From NCBI GenBank assembly GCA_043719475.1, contig JAYSTS010000293.1, forward strand, positions 5,140 to 69,139: a DNA stretch of 64,000 bases. The letters are read 5' to 3'. The position numbers and the translations under genes were made by a program. A model generated the notes under the pieces. It did not search any database. It had not been told where the DNA came from and saw nothing but the letters and a program-made list of their open reading frames with translations. Each line of letters begins with the position of its first letter. Position 1 is the stretch's first letter. Shown here piece by piece: positions 57,642 through 64,000 of this stretch. Source of the DNA: Gammaproteobacteria bacterium. GTDB taxonomy: Bacteria; Pseudomonadota; Gammaproteobacteria; Pseudomonadales; Azotimanducaceae.

Positions 57642-60600
57642 GTGGATTCGCCAACCGTGCGACAACTTCGACGGATTCTTCTGACCGGATTTTTGTGCCT
57701 GCTGGCACTTCTAGCTGGCAGCGTAGTTTACCTGCGAACATATTCAGTTCCCTTGGCAGCGGTACCACGACCCTTGATTTCCGCCGTGCAGTGGGCAGGA
57801 GGGGCGATCACGTTGCCCATCCGGAAAGATCTGGACACCACCAGGCGGGTGGGGCGGGTCAAGCCACCCTTTGTAGAAGGCCAATTGCTGGTTCAGCTGC
57901 AGTCTGGCACCACCGCTGTTCAGCGAGATCAGCTGATCGCCCTTCTCGGCGGCAAGCTCCTTGAGACATTTCAGGATCGTGACGGTCTTTTCCTCATAGA
58001 GCTTGGACGTGGCCTGTCAGTCACAGAAGGTGTCCGCCTCTTGAAGGCGTCTGCCGGGGTTGAACACACCGGCCCCAATCATCTCTACTACCTCGACGCA
58101 CTGCCGAACGACATGTTCTTCCGCGATCAATGGGGCCTGCACACGGGCAGCTCGACAGACCCCAAAGACCCCGACCTGGATGCAGTGGAGGTATGGGACA
58201 CTTACACCGGTAGTGACACTGCAGTGATCGGTGTGGTTGACAGCGGGGTCGACTACCGCCACATCGACCTGGCCGGAAACATGTGGGTGAACAGTCAGGA
58301 AATTTCCGGCAACGCACTGGATGACGATCGCAATGGTTATGTCGATGATGTTCACGGCATTGATGCGATCGACCGGACCGGTGATCCATTAGACGACGAA
58401 GGACACGGCACCCATGTGGCGGGAACAATTGGCGCGGTAGGCAACAATGGCCTAGGTGTGTCTGGTGTGGCGTGGACAACCCGTATCGCCGCGTGCAGGT
58501 TCCTGGACCGCAGCGGTGCGGGAACGGAAGCGGATGCAATCCGTTGTTTTGACTACTTCTCGGCGCTCAAGGCGCGTGGCGTCAACGTGGTCGCCATCAA
58601 CGCGTCGTGGGGGAGTGAACGCAATTCAGTGCCGCTGAGTGATGCCATCGACCGTCTTCGACAGCGAGGCGTCGTGGTCGTGGCCGCCGCCGGGAACGAC
58701 GGCGTGAATACCGACCAGCGTCCCCACTATCCTTCCGCATACCCCCTCTCCAACATTGTCTCCGTGGGCTCCATTGGCCGCGGTGGCCAGTTGTCCTCGT
58801 TCTCGAATACCGGCGCGCTGTCAGTCGATCTGTTCGCCCCGGGCGAGGAGATCCTGAGCACCCGGCCAGGTGATGCGCTCGCCATCCAGAGTGGCACGTC
58901 CATGGCAACGCCACATGTGACCGGCATGATCGGTCTACTGGCCTCTGAAGATTCGACGTTGACAGCGAATAATCTGATCAGCCACGTCATCGCTACGGTG
59001 ACACCCGTCGATGCCTTGCGCGCCCGCTCAGTCAGCGGAGGCATTGCTCATCTCCAGTTGCCAGACAGAGATCGTGACGCTGACGGCATGGATGACCGTT
59101 GGGAACGGCGATATGGCCTCAATCCGGTAGATGGTACAGATGGCACGCGAGATCCTGATGGTGACGGTCTCGACAACCTCCGCGAGTTTCGCGCCGGAAC
59201 CTCGCCGATCAGCGCTGATACGGATAGTGATGGTCTTTCCGATCGGCGCGAGATCGTCGATCTCGGCAGCAATCCGCTGCTTGCAGACACGGATGGTGAT
59301 GGCCTAACGGACCTGCGGGAAACGGAAATCGGCACCCGGCCCATCGATGCCGACAGCGATGACGATGGTCTGAGTGACGGCGACGAGCTGGCTTCACCGG
59401 ATTCGGATCCGCTGCGTGCCGATACGGATGGCGATGGCATGGGTGACGGATTTGAACGCAGGCATCGTCTCAACCCACGTGATGGCGCGGATGCTACGCA
59501 AGATATCGATGGTGATGGCCTGGACAATCGTGCTGAAGCCGGCGCGGGTACGAATCCGAGATCCCGGGATTCCGACGCAGACGACTTGTCTGATTTCGAT
59601 GAACTGCGGAATTATTCGACACAACCGATGAATCCCGATTCCGATGCGGATGGCATGGGTGACGGCTGGGAAGTGCGTTACGCGTTCAACCCCTTGTCAG
59701 CAAGTGATGGCAGCCAGGACGCCGATGGTGATGGTGCTCTCAATCGCGAGGAATTTGCGGCAGGCAGTGATCCCCGGGATGCAGGCTCCAGACCACCCAG
59801 CAGACCCTGGTCAGGACTTCTCGGTAATGCGGCTCGAACCGGCCACGTGCCCGTCGCGACGCCAGGCGGGATGGTGGAACAGCGCTGGTCCAGGGCTGCA
59901 GACAATTCGGTGACTGGCGAATCGGTGACCATTGGCGGAGGTCTCGTGCTCGACGTGCGCTCGTTTGCGCCTTCAGCCGGGGTCATCGCGCGGAGTCTTC
60001 TGGATGGCAGCGAGCAATGGCGGTATGAACATCCTGACTCGGTCATGGCGGTACAACCTGTCATCAGCCGAAACCGGATCATCGCCGCATTCAAGAATTC
60101 ATTCGGCGGATTCTCACTGGTTGGCTTCGATCTCGCGGGCAAGGTCGAGTACGTGCGCAATCTGGGCCAGATCGACAGCGCGGAATACAACAGCCGATTG
60201 ATGGTGATCGACAACCAGGGCTTCTTCTCTGCCGGCACCTCGCTGATTGCGTTTACCGCATCCACCGGCGTGCAGGAATGGCGTCAGGAAGTACCAAGCG
60301 CCTCCACGTTCCTGCAACCGAGGTGGGTGGCGGCGGCCAGCAGAAACCAGGTGGGCGTCTTCAGCAATCAGACACTCCATCTCTACGGCCGCGCCAACGG
60401 TGCTCTGCAGACCCAGATCGGTTACAGCGACTGCGGTCGCGGCGAAGATTCGACGGTGTTCTTCGATGCTGTCGGTGAACCCTACCTGCATTTGCCCGGG
60501 TGTATCGCACGATTCGACGTAGCGAATCGCCGTGTTCGATGGGTGCGAACCGATGTCGCGCAGGCGTTCAGGCCTACTGTGGCAGGAGAAACCATCATCG

Positions 60601-63600
60601 CGGAACAGCAGGGATATGCCATCGTCGGCATCAATACCGCGGACGGTTCGAATCGCTGGACCTGGGATTCGGGGAGTTACATCAACGCCGAACCCGTTTC
60701 TTCGAGCACCCATTTTTTCGTCTCGGAATCCGGGCGAACACTGGCAATGGCGTTCGCCGATCGCAGCATCAGCTGGCAACTGCCTCAGGCCGGTCAGATG
60801 GCGTTTAGCGACGACGGGGTTTTTGTATTGCGCGACTCGCTCGGGTTGTCTCTGTTCAACCTGGATGGCGACCTCGACGGTGATGGGCTGCCGGACTGGT
60901 GGGAGCGGGCTTTCCGGCTGTCCGTGACCAATCCCGCCGATGCGGGCGCGGACGCAGATGCGGACGGTCTCAGCAACCTCGACGAATTCCGCGCGCGTTC
61001 ACATCCGCGCAATGCGGACACCGACGGTGACGGTGCAGACGACGGTGCAGAGCGCAGCGCCGGCACCAATCCGGTCGAGCCCGATACCGACGGTGACGGA
61101 CTACGTGATGGTGCCGAGATCAACCAGTATCGGAGCAATCCGGTCCTGACCGATTCCGATAGCGACCAAGTCTCCGATGGCGAAGAAGTCAATCGCCACC
61201 GGACCGATCCGAACGATTCGGCGAGCAAGCCGGATTTCATTTTTAGCGCGAACCATTCATTCGAGACGGAGTTGCCTTCGGACTGGCGTAATGATCCGTC
61301 ATCCGGTGGTAACTGGCGCCGGAGTACGTCCCAGGCAAGCGATGGGCAATACGCACTGGAGGCGATGCAAACGCCAGGTCGGATAGGCGTTCGCATTGAA
61401 TGGCGCGGAAGATTTGCCAAGGGTGAACTGGTGTTTGATCTGCTCCTGCCGAACACGATCTCTTCATTTGTAATCACTGCAAATGACAGCGAACGGATCC
61501 TCTATGTGCCGGGCGGCACAGCCGGCTGGCAGACCTTTCGTGTAGCCATTCGGGAAGGTGTAACGTCGATCAGTTTTGAGGCCGCGGATGGCAGCCCGGC
61601 AGAAGGGAGACCTGCAGGTTTTCTGGACAACATTCGGTTCAGAAAGCCCGTGCCGTTTGGACTGAGTGGTGACAACCTCATCGTTCGGGCGAACGGGATG
61701 CTGCACGAATACACTGCGGACGGGCGGGCCGTGCGGGCACCGGTACCGCAGCCTGAAGGAACAAGCAGCACCTCGGTCGCGACCACCACGCGGCACGAAG
61801 TGGTTGTTCGCGACTACCGTGTGTGGCACTTCTACAACCCGATAAACGACTCTTGGCGGAAGGTTGACGACCAGGTCGCCGACGTATTCGGTTCGCCGGT
61901 CGCGACCCCGGATTCACTGCTCATGGCAGGACGGGGCGGTCGCATCGTGCGTTATGACCTGAACGGCCAGTTTCGGCAGCTGGCAGGCGACCCTGGCACG
62001 ACAGCACACGTCACCTACGGTGCAGATGGATACGTCTACACAAACGACTACTTCGGTGTGGTTCGCCGATATGACCCTGTTCGTTATCAGCTGCAGGCCG
62101 AGATATCACTCGGGATCGATTTTCGCGGCCCTCTCGCCGTTGACGCGGACGGGAGAATTCTCGTCCGACATCAGTCCGGTATCAGCCGTTTCGATTCGAC
62201 CGGGCAGCCACTTGCCGAGGTGTCCGAGAACAGCACCATTGGCGCAGAGCATCTCCTGATCGACCTCAGGCAGCGAATCATCCTCCCCTCATCCGCGTCG
62301 TTCAGTGTAGTTGCGAAAGACCTGTCGAGCTCCCGCAACGTAACACTCGACAACGGCCTTCCCTCCTGGGCCCTGATTGGCGTCACCCAGTTCCTTCGAG
62401 GCGGCGCAGACACCGATCTCGATGGCTGTGCAGACTGGTGGGAACTCTCCTACGGATTGTTGCCATTCCAGCGAGCGGATGGAGCAGCGGATCCGGATGC
62501 GGACGGGTTGCCTAATTCGGGCGAATGTGCGGCGGGAGCCAATCCCCGAGTTGCTGATTCCGACGGTGATGGCCTGACGGATCGTGATGAGGTCACACTG
62601 GGCAGCAATCCAGCTGAAACCGATTCGGATGACGATGGCCTGTCCGACTCTGACGAGCGCAGTCGGGGGACGTCTCCGGTGCGGGCGGACACCGACGCCG
62701 ATGGCCTGACTGATCCGGATGAGATCAATCGAACCGGCACCAATCCGATCAACGCCGATACGGACCGGGACGGCATGCCGGACGGTTTTGAAGAACGGGA
62801 GGGTCTGAATCCCCGCGATCCAGCGGACGGTGCCCGGGACACCGATGGAGACGGTCTTGTAACTTCTGAAGAGTTCAGACGCGGCACTTCGTTCCGTCTG
62901 GCCGATACCGATCGGGATGGCCTCGCGGATGGCGAAGAGCTGAGACGTGGAACCGGGCCTCTGCAACGGGATACCGACGCTGATCTCCTCCCCGACGGTT
63001 TTGAAGTTGCCAACGGTTTCAATCCGCTGCTGGCGGATGATGCAAACCTCGACAGTGACGGCGATGGCTTCAGCAATCTTGTAGAAGCGCGCTACACGGC
63101 GAATCCACGAACCGGCACCAGTACACCAAGACCTGGTGCGTGGACCGGAGAGCAGGGCGATGCCACGCATCGGGGTTTTGCCCCGGTGCGTATCGACACC
63201 TCGAGACTCGCCCGTCGCTGGGTGTTGCGCCCGGATGGGCAGTCGGAGGAACGGTTGAATCCGATGGCGGTGGGACATGGAAAGCTGTATGCAACCTATT
63301 ACCCCTCCTCCAGCGGAATCGGGAGCATTGTCGCCTTGAACGCAGTGACGGGTCAGCGGCTCTGGCGCAATCAGGTCGCAGATGCGACTGCGCTGGGCCC
63401 GCCCTCTCTCAATCGCCTGCGTATCGCCGTTGCTGCAGCGTTGCCGGGCAACGTTTCCGCGGTGCTCGCCATCGATGGCGCAACCGGATCGACAAGGTGG
63501 CAAACGGAGTCGTTCGGAACAGCAGACCAGCTGATGCCGATGGCCGTAGATGCGCCCTGGGTGGTTGGCCGGCTCGGGAATTCCAATCCATTCGGTGCCA

Positions 63601-64000
63601 TCGACGAAGCAACCGGACGCAACCTGTGGTTCACGACGATCCGACCATCCTCGGGAACAAGCGCCATCGTGAATGCGGATCGTGTCATTCTTTTCTCGGA
63701 ACCTGGCGCCAACCGTCCTTCGGGATTGACGGTTCTGGACGCCGCATCGGGAACACAGCGGCAGTTCATCAGCGATGCTCGAAATGAGGGTTTCGCCGCA
63801 ACGCCGATCCTCGGTTTCGAGGATGACGTATTTGTGGTGAGGCAACAGAGTCTGAAATCCATTGACCTCGGCGCCAGCCGGATTCGGTGGCGGACAGCAG
63901 GCTCGTTCGCCACCCTCTCGCCGGCGCTCGGCGCCGGCATGGTCTTCGCAATCGAATCGGGTGCGCTGGTTGCGTTTGATGAGCGCACCGGCCTGGAAAT
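57642..64000 (+). CDS. giant secreted S8 subtilase with TSP3 calcium-binding repeats and beta-propeller modules (3' partial, runs off window)
   Basis: The frame is open from the TGA at 57639 to the window end (>2100 codons), with GTG starts at 57642 and 57657. It has a signal anchor and an I9-like propeptide. The catalytic triad codons are Asp 58239 (VVDSGVD), His 58404 (GHGTHVAG) and Ser 58899 (SGTSMATPHV). The ORF track omits it because it has no stop in the window. Confidence 0.9.
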   Translation, partial: MDSPTVRQLRRILLTGFLCLLALLAGSVVYLRTYSVPLAAVPRPLISAVQWAGGAITLPIRKDLDTTRRVGRVKPPFVEGQLLVQLQSGTTAVQRDQLIALLGGKLLETFQDRDGLFLIELGRGLSVTEGVRLLKASAGVEHTGPNHLYYLDALPNDMFFRDQWGLHTGSSTDPKDPDLDAVEVWDTYTGSDTAVIGVVDSGVDYRHIDLAGNMWVNSQEISGNALDDDRNGYVDDVHGIDAIDRTGDPLDDEGHGTHVAGTIGAVGNNGLGVSGVAWTTRIAACRFLDRSGAGTEADAIRCFDYFSALKARGVNVVAINASWGSERNSVPLSDAIDRLRQRGVVVVAAAGNDGVNTDQRPHYPSAYPLSNIVSVGSIGRGGQLSSFSNTGALSVDLFAPGEEILSTRPGDALAIQSGTSMATPHVTGMIGLLASEDSTLTANNLISHVIATVTPVDALRARSVSGGIAHLQLPDRDRDADGMDDRWERRYGLNPVDGTDGTRDPDGDGLDNLREFRAGTSPISADTDSDGLSDRREIVDLGSNPLLADTDGDGLTDLRETEIGTRPIDADSDDDGLSDGDELASPDSDPLRADTDGDGMGDGFERRHRLNPRDGADATQDIDGDGLDNRAEAGAGTNPRSRDSDADDLSDFDELRNYSTQPMNPDSDADGMGDGWEVRYAFNPLSASDGSQDADGDGALNREEFAAGSDPRDAGSRPPSRPWSGLLGNAARTGHVPVATPGGMVEQRWSRAADNSVTGESVTIGGGLVLDVRSFAPSAGVIARSLLDGSEQWRYEHPDSVMAVQPVISRNRIIAAFKNSFGGFSLVGFDLAGKVEYVRNLGQIDSAEYNSRLMVIDNQGFFSAGTSLIAFTASTGVQEWRQEVPSASTFLQPRWVAAASRNQVGVFSNQTLHLYGRANGALQTQIGYSDCGRGEDSTVFFDAVGEPYLHLPGCIARFDVANRRVRWVRTDVAQAFRPTVAGETIIAEQQGYAIVGINTADGSNRWTWDSGSYINAEPVSSSTHFFVSESGRTLAMAFADRSISWQLPQAGQMAFSDDGVFVLRDSLGLSLFNLDGDLDGDGLPDWWERAFRLSVTNPADAGADADADGLSNLDEFRARSHPRNADTDGDGADDGAERSAGTNPVEPDTDGDGLRDGAEINQYRSNPVLTDSDSDQVSDGEEVNRHRTDPNDSASKPDFIFSANHSFETELPSDWRNDPSSGGNWRRSTSQASDGQYALEAMQTPGRIGVRIEWRGRFAKGELVFDLLLPNTISSFVITANDSERILYVPGGTAGWQTFRVAIREGVTSISFEAADGSPAEGRPAGFLDNIRFRKPVPFGLSGDNLIVRANGMLHEYTADGRAVRAPVPQPEGTSSTSVATTTRHEVVVRDYRVWHFYNPINDSWRKVDDQVADVFGSPVATPDSLLMAGRGGRIVRYDLNGQFRQLAGDPGTTAHVTYGADGYVYTNDYFGVVRRYDPVRYQLQAEISLGIDFRGPLAVDADGRILVRHQSGISRFDSTGQPLAEVSENSTIGAEHLLIDLRQRIILPSSASFSVVAKDLSSSRNVTLDNGLPSWALIGVTQFLRGGADTDLDGCADWWELSYGLLPFQRADGAADPDADGLPNSGECAAGANPRVADSDGDGLTDRDEVTLGSNPAETDSDDDGLSDSDERSRGTSPVRADTDADGLTDPDEINRTGTNPINADTDRDGMPDGFEEREGLNPRDPADGARDTDGDGLVTSEEFRRGTSFRLADTDRDGLADGEELRRGTGPLQRDTDADLLPDGFEVANGFNPLLADDANLDSDGDGFSNLVEARYTANPRTGTSTPRPGAWTGEQGDATHRGFAPVRIDTSRLARRWVLRPDGQSEERLNPMAVGHGKLYATYYPSSSGIGSIVALNAVTGQRLWRNQVADATALGPPSLNRLRIAVAAALPGNVSAVLAIDGATGSTRWQTESFGTADQLMPMAVDAPWVVGRLGNSNPFGAIDEATGRNLWFTTIRPSSGTSAIVNADRVILFSEPGANRPSGLTVLDAASGTQRQFISDARNEGFAATPILGFEDDVFVVRQQSLKSIDLGASRIRWRTAGSFATLSPALGAGMVFAIESGALVAFDERTGLE
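59063..59785 (+). repeat. TSP3-type (DxDxDGxxDxxE) calcium-binding repeat block 1, coding
   Basis: About 9 units, such as DPDGDGLDNLREF, DTDSDGLSDRRE, DTDGDGLTDLRE, DSDDDGLSDGDE and DTDGDGMGDGFE. Confidence 0.85.
60861..61220 (+). repeat. TSP3-type repeat block 2, coding
   Basis: DGDLDGDGLPDWWE, DADADGLSNLDEF, DTDGDGADDGAE, DTDGDGLRDGAE and DSDSDQVSDGEE. Confidence 0.85.
62404..63110 (+). repeat. TSP3-type repeat block 3, coding
   Basis: DTDLDGCADWWE, DPDADGLPNSGE, DSDGDGLTDRDE, DSDDDGLSDSDE, DTDADGLTDPDE, DTDRDGMPDGFE, DTDGDGLVTSEE, DTDRDGLADGEE and DSDGDGFSNLVE. Confidence 0.85.

Noticed and set aside
59063-63110. The periodic ~36-39-nt repeats (GAyACsGAyGGyGAyGG...) could be mistaken for a CRISPR-like or satellite array.
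   Set aside because: The repeats are degenerate at the DNA level, lie in frame within one ORF, and encode DxDxDGxxDxxE calcium-binding loops. There are no unique spacers or leader.
62289-63845. 518-aa minus-strand ORF, the longest tracked ORF in the last 6 kb. Companion minus-strand ORFs are at 58021-58539, 59048-59527, 59678-60265, 60114-60779, 60794-61477, 62450-63076 and 63371-63988.
   Set aside because: All lie antisense to the uninterrupted plus-strand frame that encodes recognisable S8, TSP3 and propeller motifs. Their products are R/S/P/C-rich low-complexity strings (for example SPSVSA repeats) that mirror the Asp/Gly codons.

Overview
This looks like a chromosomal segment of a Gram-negative, gammaproteobacterium-like genome, judged from gene order. 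All calls come from by-eye motif and synteny recognition; no searches were run.

- **1-25.2 kb, housekeeping core.** It contains glnA-ntrB-ntrC with a near-consensus sigma54 promoter, trmL, secB, a rhodanese, gpmI-envC-ctpA-yibQ, hisB-hisA, mutY-yggX, panB-panC and a DMT transporter. It also holds a translationally coupled Anbu (proteasome-type) peptidase and a 1082-aa transglutaminase/DUF2126 protein.
- **25.25-27.8 kb, mobile-element debris next to tRNA-Phe.** This block carries PIN-toxin and IS91-type transposase remnants.
- **27.9-33.6 kb, housekeeping.** Genes here are an acyl-CoA dehydrogenase, an SLC13 permease, an SPFH protein, RidA and a PlsC-like acyltransferase.
- **34.0-56.4 kb, surface-glycan locus.** It starts with a complete UDP-2,3-diacetamido-2,3-dideoxy-mannuronic acid pathway (wbpA-B-D-E-I) and a Wzx flippase. 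It also has two divergent WbpG-type amidotransferases, an AsnB-type amidotransferase, three glycosyltransferases and an epimerase.
- **Most interesting system.** Inside the glycan locus, on the minus strand, is a dlt-like carrier-protein acylation cassette. Its order is tandem flavodoxin/Fe-S protein, putative DltD/SGNH-like protein, ACP, N-terminally extended MBOAT, adenylating ligase, then a GtrB/ArnC-like GT2.
- **Giant ORF missing from the ORF track.** From about 57.64 kb to the window end, one plus-strand frame stays open for more than 2100 codons. The track omits it because it has no in-window stop. It encodes a secreted S8 subtilase followed by three blocks of thrombospondin-type-3 calcium-binding repeats interleaved with beta-propeller modules. 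The long minus-strand ORFs listed over this region are antisense artefacts.
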